Below, one piece after another: positions 37,481 to 50,814 of a stretch of DNA of 63,637 nt. Source of the stretch: Lama glama (taxonomy: Eukaryota); the NCBI GenBank assembly GCA_028534125.1, contig CM052832.1, forward strand, positions 11,410,001 through 11,473,637. Direction: 5' to 3'. The position numbers were made by a program, and so were the translations under genes. Position 1 is the first letter of the stretch; the number at the start of each line of letters is the position of its first letter. The notes under the pieces are model-generated. The model saw only the letters and a program-made list of their open reading frames with translations, was not told the DNA's origin and did not search any database.

Positions 37481-40079
37481 GTACTTAGCAGCCCTTTCTT
37501 GTACCATTCCTTCTTGTGTTGGCACATTCTTTCTAAAAGTGTGTGAAAACCCTTGTTCAGGCTTGCTCCTTCGGAAGTTCTGCTCTGAATACGTGAATAG
37601 GGACAGTTGTTCTCTGCAGGCTCGTTATCCATGAGAGAGGTGGGGGTCAGATCTCTGGAGGGTGGGAGCTTTTGCAAGCTCCTGTAGCCTGCATTAATCT
37701 ATTGTTTACTGTGTGCCGAGCCCTATTCTAAGTCTTGGGATCAGACTTTGGTTGACTTGAGACCCCCGCCTTCAAGGGCCTCATATTCAAGTGAGTGGGA
37801 CAGTTACCAGTCAGGTACCCAGAGACATTATAATTGCTCTGAAGAAAACCAGACACAGTAAGAGTTGGGGACTAGGAGAGATGTTTTTAGATAAAGCATC
37901 AGGGATGAACTCTTTGATCTTTCTAAATTTCTAAAGCTTTCCTTTTCTTCCTTAACTTTGTGAGACATCCTATTCATAAAATGGCTCTGTAGGTGGTTAA
38001 TCACATCCACCATATGCAGGTTGTGTTAGCATCACTCAGAAAGTAGCCCAGTGTCCAGGCCTGGAGGCACCACTGCAGATCCCCTTCTACTAAGTGCACT
38101 TACTAGGGAGTGACAAGGGGCAAGTCTTAACCTCATTTCCTCATCTGTGAGATGGAGAAATCTTCAGGCCAAGGGTAGAGCCAGGGGTGAGGAGAGGGAA
38201 CCTGATAAAGGAATGGTCAGAATGGGGAGAAGGGGGCAGAGAAAGGAGCCCAGAGGACACGCTGTGTAGACTTGGTAAGAAAGGCTTCCCTGGGGAAGGC
38301 AAACACCAGGTTGAGGAGGGGCAGGGACAGCGGCAGTCACAACGCAGGCTGACCTCCTGAGTGTCTGATGGCCCCATGGCCTGGCCTGTGAGTGAGGGAA
38401 CAGCGATGCCTGTATATGTAAAGGCCAAGTCCTTAGCACAGGGAGTGTAGCGTAGTGCAGAGAAAACTGGCACCGAGTTTCACGGTCCAGGTGGCTCTCA
38501 GTAATTGCTTAACTATAGTAACGTTGCCAGAGTCCCACACATCTGGGACTCCTGGAATTAATCACTTCCATCAGTCAATCAACAATAAACTTCCTATTGC
38601 CTAGAAAATGAAGCTCAAGGTCCCCAGCATGGCACTGGCCCTTCTCTATTTCCCACTTCTGCTGCTGCTGCTCCCTCCACCTCGTTCTTCCCCCTGGTTC
38701 TCTTCCACGCTGCTCCGTGCTCTCCTCCACCTCATGCTTCCCTACTCCTCACGCAGAGCTGACCATCTCGGCCCTGCATTCCAGCACTTTTGTGTTGCTT
38801 TTACAACTCTTTATCAATATTGCTGTTCATTTTTTGCTGAACTGTAATCTTGAATGGAGGAATGAACTTATTCATTACAATAAGCCTCCTCTACTTTTTG
38901 TATTACACCAGGTACCAGCTGTTTGATAAATATTTGTGGATCTAATTATTTCGTAAGCATCTGCTATAGGACAGACCCTGTAAACAAAGCAAATATGTTG
39001 AAAATGTGGTCCCTACACATAATAGGGACGGAATGAGGTGGAAATGCACAGGTGCACGGTAGGGTGGCTTATAATAAGCACAAAAGAAATGTCAGCAGCA
39101 GTTAAGTCCCCTTAAGTCACTTTTGAAAGTGTTCCCACAGCTCCGTGCCCTCGTCATCATGGTCGTTTGTCACACTGGACCGAAATCCCCTGTTTACCTG
39201 CGTGTCGGCCCCCAACACACACACAGGGAACTGAACAGCGTGGACTGTAACTGATTCATACTTTTTAGTCCCTGGTTCCTAGCCCTCGGTCAGAATTCGG
39301 TAAACGTTTTGGAATGAATAGAGCAGCTAGTCACCAAGAAACGTCACTCGTAGTACCTTGTCTTCCGTCAGGGGCGTCTCGCATCATTTCTTGCTCCTGA
39401 GATGCTGCTAGGCTTTTCTCCACTTCCCTTGTCCCTAAGGGCTGATATCCTGATGTTACAGTAACAGTCCTGGAGTTTCCCCTTTGAATCCTGGATAAAG
39501 GCCTGGAAGAAAAGCGAAACAGTTAAGGGCCTGCTCCCTTAATGTTAGGGTCAAACCTTAGATCCCTTTCAGACACTTGAAATGCACTGGTTTAAAACCT
39601 GCTCTCTATCAATGGGTTTCAAATTGTTATCTTGAGTGAAAGACTGCTTTTTAAAACACTAGCAGAGAGACACTTGGCATGTCAGACAAAAGTAGACCCC
39701 AGTGTGATGACTCAGAGTGCGATGTGGCAGGTGGGAAATCTTAAAAGATCACTGTTTCCTCATGAACCCAGCTGCAGAAATCAGATGTGGAGCTGGGTGG
39801 GGGGTGCAGGTGGCTGAGAGCAGGGAGGAGCTTCAGGGAAGCAGCGGTTATGGAGGAGGAGAGATCTGAGTGCCTGTGGGGAAGGTTTGCAGGCGCCATC
39901 GATTCTGGATCATTGGCTCAGTGTGTGCACGAACCAGATCTTTTCCTGCTCACTTCTCCTTCACATGGCCTGTCTTCTGTCTGTTTGGTTCCCTTTAGTT
40001 TCTCCTCCCCACCTCCCACCCCACAAAGCACAGCAGAGAGCCAGAGAGAAAGAAGAAAAGTATCTCAAATCTGTTGACT

Positions 40080-40245
40080 GTCTTAGGCTTTGTGTGTGTG
40101 TGTGTGTGTGTGTGAAGAGGTTGATTCATGTTTATTAATCAGATTTATTTATTTACTTACTTTTTTAGAGGAGGCACTGGGGATTGAACCCAGGACCTTA
40201 TGCATGCCAAGCATGTGCTCTACCACTTTGAGCTATACTCTCCCT
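40080..40245 (-). mobile_element. tRNA-derived camelid SINE (Vic-1-like) with an A-rich/(CA)n tail
   Basis: The minus strand reads gggagagtatagctcaaagtggtagagcacatgcttggcatgcataaggtcctgggttcaatccccagtgcctcc, with Pol III A and B boxes. Possible TSD caaatctgttgact (40066-40079) and caaatctattgact (40254-40267). Confidence 0.85.
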
Positions 40246-40290
40246 ACCACAAACAAATCTATTGACTATTTTATGAGGAATTCATAGGTT

Positions 40291-40320
40291 TGTATGTGTG
40301 TGTGTGTGTGTGTGTGTGTG
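40291..40320. repeat. (TG)n microsatellite
   Basis: Read directly. Confidence 0.95.
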
Positions 40321-41737
40321 GAGGCAGAGGGAAAGGATGGAAGAATAAAACTGTTAACTAAAATCAAAGTTTTGGGTGGATCATTTGTTATTTTGATTAT
40401 TCTTACTTTTCCTCTTATCTAAAAAAAAAAAAAACAAAACAAAGCAAAACCAAAACAAACCTTACAAGGTAATGGAGGAGCCATAGGTACTGGTTCTACC
40501 TTGGTAAGGAGACCTTGAACAAGCCGCTTCCCTTCTCCAGGGCTCAGTTTCCCTGTCTGTGATGTAGGCTCAAGGGTGGCAGGTCCACAAGGAGCATGCC
40601 CTCCCACTCTGAGCCTGTGGCAGACATCTCTAGTGGACCATGTGCTGTCTTCCACCGAGCTTCAAAGTCCTTCTCTCCAGGACTCCAGGGAGCCACTACC
40701 AGCTCACGAGAGGAAGACGGCCCTCAGGATGCAACCACCTGGCCATTCCTAACACTAGCTCTGAAATTCTGTCGCTCAAACCGCAGGTTCATTCCCAGTG
40801 AGGTCATGGGCCCACGCTGTGCGAGGAGCTAATGAACAAGTATCAAGTATAGGCTGAATGTCTCAAGGCGTCATCCACTTGGGGGTGTGGATGAGGTTAC
40901 GCCCCACAGAAATCATCTACCTATCCCTGGCTCTTGCCACCATCCACTTCCATCCTCAGATGGAACCTGCAGAATCCCCTCACCACCCAGGGGTTTCCGA
41001 CAGCTGCTGTGGTCATCTCACATTGCTCAAGAACTCGTATTTCTTGTGATTCTGTAGCGGTCTGCTCCCTGACATCCAGGGCTTAAGAAGTCACTTGTCC
41101 TGGCCTCGTCAGGCCACCTCACTCAGACTCCAGCTCCTGGTGCTCCTCCCCACAGCAAAGCACAAAAAATGTCAAAGCCACCTTGCATTCTGTCCATTTC
41201 TCACTGTGCCAGGGCCACACCGGCTTCAGCAGGTGGCTACCTCACAGACTCTGAGTCTTACCGTGTGTTTCCTGGCTCCTCGTGGAAGTGAGCCCTTCAG
41301 TCTGACCTGGAGTTTCTTGCTCCAGAGTTCTCAGACATGGACTTCAAGGGACTGGGAATGGATGCTGCACCCTCTTCTCTCCTACCTCAACTGTCCTCTG
41401 TCTCTTCCCTCATCTGGTGGTGATAGGGGTGGGCGGGGGTGGGCGCAGAGATCCAATGCAAAAGAGCTCCACGGGGTACCACCCTCCAGCTCACCAGACA
41501 CAACCAGTGATATTTGGATTTCAGTTTGGTCTCAGCGTAGGGTGCCTGTTATGCAAGTAACATTTAACAGGAATCTGGAGAATTTGGCTCAGGGTCGGTC
41601 CCTAAAGCCCCATTTAAAGCAGCACGTCGGGGATGAGTTGAGGTTTAGCTAGTCCTTACAGCTGTGACTGGACAACCTCTTCTCAGTAGGATCCAGAAAG
41701 CTATAGATGTGTATGGTTGATGTTGCTGCTGTCCCGG

Positions 41738-41761
41738 GTGTGTGTGTGTGTGTGTGTGTGT
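41738..41761. repeat. (GT)n microsatellite
   Basis: Read directly. Confidence 0.95.
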
Positions 41762-42031
41762 AGGTCCCACTGGCTTTATCTCTAAGGACCTAACAATCTC
41801 TCGTGGAGTCAAAGTTAAGCATGGAGTACTGATGGTAAATATCACAGAGGTCACAGAAGGCATAGATCAGCATGGGCTCAAAGTGCAGTCTTTAGGGGAA
41901 GGAGGGGGCTTGGAAGACAGTGAGGCTCAGGATTAACAAAATGGAAGGCATCGCCAGAGACAGGGGAAATAGCCCAAGCAAAAGCACAGGGATGGAAACG
42001 TCCAAGGACAGGAGCACAGGATGCTCATTGG

Positions 42032-42309
42032 GGATCCAGTAGAGGACGTCAGATTGCGTCGGTTGTTTGGGAGGATCCAATAGTGGACGTCAGATTGTGT
42101 CGGTTGTTTGGGAGGATCCAGTAGTGGACGTCAGATTGCATCGGTTGTTTGGGGGGATCCAGTAGTGGACGTCAGATTGCGTCGGTTGTTTGGGGGGATC
42201 CAGTAGTGGACGTCAGATTGCGTCAGTTGTTTGGGGGATCCAGTAGTGGACGTCAGATTGGGTCGGTTGTTTGGAGGATCCAATAGTGGACATCAGATTG
42301 CATCAGTTG
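42032..42309. repeat. 41-bp minisatellite (VNTR), about 6.8 copies; unit GGATCCAGTAGTGGACGTCAGATTGCGTCGGTTGTTTGGGR
   Basis: GGATCC recurs at 42032, 42073, 42114, 42155, 42196, 42236 and 42276 (periods 41, 41, 41, 41, 40, 40). Confidence 0.97.
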
Positions 42310-42589
42310 GGTGGGGTGAGTTTGCGGGGTTTGGAGAGAAACCTAAAAGTCAAACAGATGTCTGAATTTGATGTGGAGACCATAAGGAAACATTTCTGGC
42401 AATCTGTCTATAGGGGTATTTGGGAATATTAATCTGGCAAGGGTTTATAAGAGAAACTGGAGAGGGAGAAACTGTCTGAGAGATTAGTTTAAAAGGCTCT
42501 TATGTGATTCATCCCTCACAGAGTTTTAAATGTAATAAGAAAATAAGGCAGAACATATGTGTATCTTTGCCCCCCCCCCCAATTTTTAA

Positions 42590-43370
42590 AACATGTTATC
42601 TTTTGAAAAGGTAATACAGCCATGTCGCTCTTAAATACAAACAGTGTAGGGGTGCACAGCAAGGGGTTTTGCTTCCATCTCTGTCCCAACTCTGTCTCAC
42701 TCCCACCGGGCGCCCTGTCTCCCCTCACCACACCACTACCCCTCTAAGCCACTTTCATTGCCTCCTTGTGCATTCCAGCATTGCTTTATGCAAACTCAAG
42801 CAAATATTAATGTATATTCTTAGCTTCCTTTTTTTTAACAAAAGAAAAAGAGATAACATGCAGATACAACAGAAGATACACACTTCTCTGGATTTCCCTT
42901 TTCTCACTTAATAATAGATCTTGAAGATTTTTCCGCACCATTCTTCTTGTCAGCTGCATGGTATTCCATTATATGTAGAACCAGACCTTTACTGATGGAT
43001 GTGGTTTTTAAAAAAATAACCCTCTGCTATTATAGATGAAGCTGCAAAAAATAGCTTGCCCTTATATCATTTTGTCTGTGTGTGTGTATCTCTGTAGAAT
43101 AAATTTCCACAAATGGGCTCACTGCATCAAAGTCTACATATATTTATCATTTTAATAGAGATTTGAGAACTGTCCTCTCTGGGGAGTTGTACTACTTTGC
43201 ATTCTTACCAGCAATATCTGGGATCGCCTGCCTCCCGTGGCCTTGCCAGCACAGTGTGTTCTCACTTTGGGGGCTTTTCTAGTCTGTTGGGTGAAAGCTT
43301 CGTGCAGCTCTAATTTGCTTTTCTCTTATTATGAGTGAGGCTGAGCATCTTTTCACGTGTTCATAGACCC
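42590..43370 (-). mobile_element. Ancient L1ME-like 3' fragment
   Basis: cagctgcatggtattccattatatg...tactgatggatg...tttgcattcttaccagcaat...ttttctcttattatgagtgaggctgagcatcttttcacgtg. Confidence 0.7.
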
Positions 43371-46300
43371 AATGGATTTTAAGCTCCTTCTTAAGGGACT
43401 GACTTCATCATTTCCGTATCCCTCCCGGAGCTTTCCCAAGTGCCTTGCTACCAAGTAGGTTTTCAGTCTAGATTTGTAAATCCAATAAATGCTTGTATGA
43501 ATGAGTAGATAAATGGTTGTATAAATGCTTGTGCTATTGGAGTTGTAAATCTTCAATTAGATATGATTCTTCCCTCCAGCAGCATAAGATATGATAAGCT
43601 CACAGAGCAGATGTAAAAGCAACATGTGTATGTTCAAAGATTACATGCAGTATTCTGAGTGAATAATTGTTCGCCTTAGGCTGAAAAGTGGAGAATCTTA
43701 TGTGAAATACCTTGTTCTTCCCCAGAAAGGTGAAGGACTTGGGGAAGAAGGAATCCCATGGCTCTTTTCCAGGGGTTCTGGTTCATTTAAAGAGTGGTTT
43801 GGAGCTGGTGTGATTAAGTGGTTTTCATAGAACCAACTAGTAAATCAGAAGAGACAAAATAAGACCCTGGCATGTGAGTTTCTTGGGCCCCTTCCAGCTT
43901 CATTTTTTCCTCAGAATCCACCCAGAACTCAGCTCCTATGCCCATGAAGATGGTCATTAGCTGGAGTTTCAAGCCTGAGTTTCTTTGTTTCTCTGTTTTT
44001 TCTATGGGTTCCCACATCAGGATCCCATAAGCCACAAGCAGAACATGTTTGATTGTCTGTCTGTTAGTTTTGTGGACTGTATGGAATTCCGTTCCCCAGC
44101 AGCGCATTTGCCAACTGTTTGTTTTATGCTATCTTCAGTCAGAGGGAAGCCACGGCTAGACGGGCTGAGGGTGAGAGCAGTTGTCAGCAAGACCACAGCA
44201 GAACTTTCCATGGTTCCCTGTTACCTGAAGTGACTTTTCTAACAGCTGTGCCAGAAGGAAAGCCCACCCCAAAAGAAGCATCCACCTGCTTATGAAGCCT
44301 CCTTTCCTCTTTAGAGACTGAGGGTTGCCTCACAGTTACAGGGAGGTCTCTTAAAGCTGAGCCTGGCCCAGAGCATAAGATCACATCAAGCCAGGGACTG
44401 GGTCAGGAGTGACAGCCACACTAAGGACCAATGAGGCAGAAAGGGGACAGGAAAAGAAGAATGAGAAGGCTCTTCAGGGGAGCGCCTGATTCCAGCCTCT
44501 CTGGGACTGAAAATAATCTTAACAAATATTGCCAGGGACCTAAGAAAATAATGTGAATGGGAACCCTACTTGATGTTTTAAATAGTTCTGCTGGTAGAGA
44601 TTAGCTGTTTAAAATAAGGACACTTGGGAAATTAGGATACCTGCAAACTTACCGTCACAGGTTCTTTTCCTTTCTGTTGTTACTTTTTCAGTGTATGTGT
44701 GTGGGTGTGTGTGAGTGTATGCATGTTTAAAAGATAGGTCAAGAAGAAACAATTTTAACATATGTTAGCATTTAAGAGTCTCTCTCATGCATCTGTGTTC
44801 ATTATGTCACTTCCTCTCCTGAACACCCTTATATGTTATTTCTATCTCTACCACCCACACATTTTGTAGACAAGGAGGAGCCAGGAGATGCTGAGTGACT
44901 TGCCCAAGGTTACACATTTCATAAAGAGGAGCCAGGACTTTGACTTGCTTCTTCTGAAGCCAAAAGTAGAACTCTTTGCAGGATTCGGTTCTTAACACAT
45001 TGCAAAATTAGTTTCAGTGAAGGAATTGTGGCACTGAGAAGTAAGTGCAGGGGAAGCAGCATTATCTCCACTTTCAGTGACAGAACCATTATAAGATTGT
45101 TTTGTGATTATCTGAAGCCATAGCAATTGTCCTGAATTGAAACACAGAGATAAACGAGCAATCCATACCTCTGAGTGGTCACCCTGGTGATTATGCCATG
45201 CAGCAGTGGGTCCACTGCAAGACTGTTTTCTGCCTCGAGCTGTTCCCCCAGATGTGCTGGGAACGGATATTTACTACTCTTTCACCCTCTCCTGGTGACA
45301 TTCAGGGTCAGGACACCTGAGGGCCTCTGAATAGCCTGCAGGCATCATGGGTACATATTTGTTGAGCACATGTGAATGGAGGACCTATAAAAATGATCAC
45401 AGAAAAGTAAGTCTCAAGATGTGGAGTGATGAGTGTCCTTGCCCGAAAGAGTATGGTAAATCCGTGTGCTCAGCTGACACAGAGGAAAGGGAGTGCTCAA
45501 TCTCATGGCCAGACAAGCAGGCAGTAAAAAGGCTGGGTGTGGACCACAGAGGCATAATGGAAAGAAAGTTCAGGGATTCAGAGAGGAGGAAGCAAAAATA
45601 GACAGCAGCAAATGCAGCCATTCTGCACACAGCAGGACCTTCCCTGGGAAGAGGTGAGTCCATGTGCTGGAGAGACTGCCTCAAGGAGGAAACATGGAGA
45701 ATATAAAAGATACCAGGGAAAAAGAAGAACAGGATAAAAGGAAATGAAAACAGAAGAGAGGGTGTCACATTTCTTTTGGCATTTAAAACACTTCCAGATT
45801 GCATCCTGAAAACTTGCTGGACCAAGAACTGCACACTTCTGGAAAACTCAAGGCCTTAGCTTTGGCAACTCTGGCATTGTAATATCCAATCACAGCTCAG
45901 TGTTAAGTTTTATTATTCAACATTAATGAAAAGGTCAAGGGGAAAAAGAGCTTGGTGGTGTTCCATTAAAGGAAAAATCTGATCATCTTAAAGCAATGTG
46001 ATCTTAAAGGAGCTCATGTTAAAAAGAGCAGCGTATAAAAGACTATGGGCAGTTAGTGCCCGCTACTCCCTGGGAAGCACAAATGCATGCTGGGAAGAGC
46101 ATCCACAGATGGAGTTAATGCTTCTCTCCAAATGCTTCACTTACAGGGAGTAGTAGGAATATCTGTCAGCCCACATAGGTGAGAAAAGTGACATGTTACT
46201 CCTCTTTCCTTCCTCAGAATATGTTGTTATCTAAACTTGACCCTGTGAATGTGCAACATCTTCCACATCACCTAGGGAGCATGAAAAGAGATCCCTCCTA

Positions 46301-46677
46301 ATCATGCTCCTGGGTGTCATAGGCATCATCCTCATAATCTCCAGGACAGACACCCGGTGGCTTCCAGCCTGAAGTGATTAGAGAGACGTTTTTTGGGATA
46401 CACCACTGTATGTTCTGCTCTGACCGATCCAGATGCTCCTACAGAGAAGTCTGTGACCTCCTGTGTCATAGGCAGGAGCTACCAGATGGGCTTGTGGGCT
46501 GTACTTAGCCACATTGTACAACTCAGCCTCCTGTCACCCCATGAGCTACTGTTACTGCACTGATCTTTCATCCAGCAGTGTAAAACTGCGGTGAGACCTC
46601 TGAACTTCAAACCTCAAACCATGAAGTCCCCTCCTCTGCCTCCTTAACTGCTCCTTCCTTGGCCCTGCCACCAGTCT

Positions 46678-47530
46678 GAGGTCAGAGAACATACGTTGTA
46701 TGATTTCAGTTCTTTGAAATTTATTGAGGCTTGTTTTATAGTCTGGAATATCATCTATCCTGGAGAATGCTGCACCTGAAAAGAATGAGTATTTTGCTCA
46801 TTGTTGGAAAGAGTGTTCTACAAATGTCTGTTAGGTCTAACTGGTTTATAGTGTAGTTTAAGTCTTCTGTTTCCTTATTGATCTTCTCCTTAATGTTCTA
46901 CCCATTACTGGATGTGGGATATTGAAATCTCCAAATACTATTTCTGAATTGCCTGTTTCTTCAATTCTGTCAGAGTTTGCTTCATCTTTCTTAGGGCTCT
47001 GTCGTTAGTTATATGCATGTAGTTGTCATATCTTCCTGATGGATTATTCCTTTTATTATCATAAAATATCCCTCTTTATGGCTAGTAACATTTTTTGTTT
47101 TAAAGTCTATTTTATATTAAATTGGTATAACCCCTTCAGCTTTGCTCTTTAGTTTGCAGTTTGCATGATATATCTTTTCTGTCCTCTTACTTTCAACCTA
47201 TTTGTATCTTTGAATGTAAAGCATGTCTCTTACAGCATATAGTTGGATCTTGTTTTTTTTAATCCCATCCGAAAATCTCTGCTTTTTTGATTGGGTTGTT
47301 TAATCCATTCACATTTAATATTATTATTTCTCTAATTGGATTTGTATCTGCCATTTTACTTCTTCTTTTTTGTTTCTTTCTTCCTCATTAACTGCTGTAT
47401 TTTGCATTAAGCAAACATTTCGTAGTGTAGTATTTTAATTCCTTTAATTTTTTTCACTATATATTTATTATTTATTTTCCTACTGGTTGTTTGGGCTTAA
47501 GTGTACATCTCAATTTTATTAAAATCTACT
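46678..47530 (-). mobile_element. Old L1M ORF2-region fragment
   Basis: ggtcagagaacatacgttgtatgatttcagttctttgaaatttattgaggcttgttttat...gatattgaaatctccaa...cttactttcaacctatttgtatctttgaatgtaaa. Confidence 0.85.
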
Positions 47531-47570
47531 TAATTTTGTTAAAATCAAATTTTTAAAATTTTATTAAAAT

Positions 47571-48410
47571 CAAATTAGTGTTTTCATTTCAAGGAGGGGA
47601 ATTGCTGGATCATATGGTAGTTCTATTTTTAATCTTTTGAGCAAACTCCATGCTGTTTTCCATTGTGGCTGCACCAATTTACATTCCCACTAACAGTACA
47701 TGAGGGTTTTCTTTTCTCCACATCTTTGCCAACACTTGTTATTTGTTGTCCTTTTGATAGCAGCCATTCTAATAGGTGTGAGGTGATATCTCATGTGATT
47801 TTGATTTGCATTGCCCTGATGATTAGTGATATTGAGCATCTTTTCATTTGTCTGCATGTCTTCTTTGGGAAAAATGTCTTTTCAAACCCTCTGCCTGTTT
47901 TTAATTGGGTTCTTTTTTTTTTTTTTTTTGATGTTCAGTTGTATGAGTTCTTTGTACGTTTTGAGTGTTGACCCCTTATTGGCTGTGTCATTTATAAATA
48001 TCTTCTCCCTTTCAGTAGGTGGCCTTTTTGTTTTATTGATAATTTCCTTCACTGTATAAAAGCTTTTTAGTTTGAAGTAGTACCATTTGTTTATTTTTGC
48101 TTTGTTTCCCTTACCTGCAGAGACATATCCAAAAAAAAAAAATTATTAAGACTGATGTCAAAGAGCTTACTGCCTGTGCTTTATTTTAGAAGTCTTATGG
48201 TCCCAAGTCTTATATTTAAGTGTTTAATCCAATTTGAGTTTATTTTTATATATGATGTGAGAAAGTAGTCCAGTTTGATTCTTTTGCATGTAGCTGTCCA
48301 ATTTTTCCCAAAACCATTTATTAAAGAGGCAATCCTTTCCTCATTGTATATTCTTGCCTAATTTGTCATAGATTAATTGCCCATATAACTGTGGGTTCAT
48401 TTCTGAGCTC
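47571..48410 (-). mobile_element. Younger L1 ORF2 C-terminal fragment lacking the 3' UTR and poly(A)
   Basis: gaattgctggatcatatggtagttctatttttaat...tggctgcaccaatttacattcccactaacagt...aggtgtgaggtgatatctcat...ttcttttgcatgtagctgtccaattttt. Confidence 0.85.
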
Positions 48411-50814
48411 TGACCAATTAAATTTTACAGATGTATCCTAAAGCTGTTAATTCTCGTCCACCTTTTTGCTCAAGTGGCTAACAAGCACAAAGTCTGGTTT
48501 GCCTACAGATTTCTTTTGCTGTGAACTGGGACAGTTGTACTTTCAGCAACCCAAAGTTTGTTGTATGTTAACAGGGGTGAAAATGATCAATTGAAAAAGG
48601 CAGTTTTTAAAAGGCCTTTAATCCATCATAGGTGTATCACTACACTGAATTCAACAGGCTGTAATGTTCTCCCACAGTCAGGAGATCAGTGGGTCCTTCA
48701 GGGTCTTGTTAGCACAAGTCCTGCTCCACTGAGTGGTGCTTGTAAACATTCCACCTGGCCTGGCCACCTCCACCTGCTGGCATCTAGGATGTGTCAAGGC
48801 AGGACTCCAAGTGATGGCCTGACTAGGCTAAGGAGGAAGAGGTTAGTGGCTCTTTTGTGTTCCAGATTCAACTTTTAACTAGATGCTCAGAATTTTCATT
48901 TATAAAAGGATAGCCATGTGAGATAAAGAAACATTAGATGCAAAAGTAAGGCCACTTCACTGGGACCTTTAAGTTAGTGCACAAGTTTATACTTAACACA
49001 CTGGCTAATCTAAAGCAGATATTAGATTTAATTGAGGTCATTTTTTCCAAAAGAAGGATAAGACTCTCATATGCACAGAGGTTCCCTCATCCTCCAGATA
49101 CTCAGCAGCCAAAATAAATATGTTTTCATTTAGCCTGGAAATGCAGATGATCTCCAAATGCCTGATAGTCTATCTCGTTAATCAAAGCTGGGCCAACATG
49201 AACCACTCCCTGCTGCTTGGCCCTCAGCATGAGAATAAGAGGTCTGGTCTCCCTTCCAGAGCCAACCAGAACTCATAAAGTGCAATGAGGGGTCGAGAAG
49301 AAGCAGCCCCCAACCTGCTAAACTGCTCCTTCTGCTCTTGCCACCTATCAGACCATAACTCGTGAGCTAGAAACATAAATATGACCAGCTACAAACTGTC
49401 AAAGTCATCAATGTGTATGTTAGCTAAACGGGGGTATAAGATATAAAGAAAGGGAGAGTGGGAGATCACTGGAATGACACCTGGGGTAAATTTTAAGGAG
49501 AGCAATGATTTGACAGAGACGTAAGAGGAGGAAAACGAAGGATGGCCCAGACGGAGAGAGGCAAGCCAGTGTATTTGGCTAGAACGTGAAACACCAGCTG
49601 GAGGGTCGGCACAGATGTAGAGCGACAGCACCTGACAGAAGACAATTGGCAGTCACTGTAGGGAAGCAGAAAAGAGAAGTGATGATATAAAAACATAAGT
49701 AAGTAGGTTCACAATTGGCCATTTGATGGGATATCATGCAGTTGTTTTTTAATGCTTTTGAAGAATTTCTCATTATACAGGAATTGTTTCATGATGTGAT
49801 GAGAAATGAAAAGGATGAATGCAAGCTTTGTTTCTAGTACAATTTTAACTATGTTGCATAGATCTAAACATGTATAGGAAAAGGTCAGAAGGAAAATACC
49901 TTAAAATATAGTTATTATCTCTTGGTAGTCAGATTAGAGATTTTTTTTTCTTTTTTAAAGTTCATTCCAGATACTCCATAAGGAATGTATTATTTTAAAA
50001 TCTGAAAAAAAATCCATTGTTATTTAAAATATAATATCAGAGGAATTTGACTGAATTGTAGGTTGGGGTTGATGAGACTGGAGCAGATTGGCCAGTAGAG
50101 TTTTGCATAGTATTCAAGCTGTGTGTTGGAGGCCTCATCTCACACTGGAGTGGGATATGGAAGTGAGATAAAGGAGAGAAAATAGGGGAGCTTAGTTCAG
50201 AGGAATAAGGACAGAAAGGACACCATGGTTAAGTATTACATGTTCAAAGAGATGAAAATAGAAGCCAAATGTCAGAGGAAGGATGACGGTGTTAACTGGT
50301 AATCAAGTTGAAAGTGGAGAGGGTTAGGCAAAATTCAATTCAATGTTGTCCTTTTTGTCTTAGGTGTTTTGGGGATAGAAAAGTTAGGTCAAGGACTTTC
50401 TATTTGATGTATTAATGCAGGAACCTTTAATAGGGTTTCTCACGGAGGGCTTTAGTTTGCTGGGTTTTCTTTAATATTAAACATTTGATCTGTGATGAAG
50501 AGGCAGTCTTGATCCCGCCAGCTCTATATCTAATCATTCAGCTAATGAATATTTACTGAATACTTTCTCTGTAAAAAGTTCCCAGACTTTATAATCTAGT
50601 CACCAAAAAAATTACATATATATAAACTACTATAGAAAAGGCAAACATGACAAGGATGGTTACGTTACTCTGGGCTTCTCAGCTGAGGCATCTAGCGAGC
50701 CCTCCATCATCTGGCTCTACTCCATCCCTGCAGACTTATTACTGTTCTTTAGCCTATATCTTGACCATATTCAGGCTGCCTATTGTCTCTTTTCCCAGCA
50801 TGTCATGCTCACTG

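Noticed and set aside
41095..41652. 185-aa plus-strand ORF
   Set aside because: Starts at TTG, has no similarity to KIF6 or any protein I recognise, and shows no convincing exon boundaries.
42032..42309. Regularly spaced ~41-bp repeat as a CRISPR array
   Set aside because: The units are head-to-tail with no unique spacers, there are no cas genes, and the context is a mammalian intron. It is a minisatellite.
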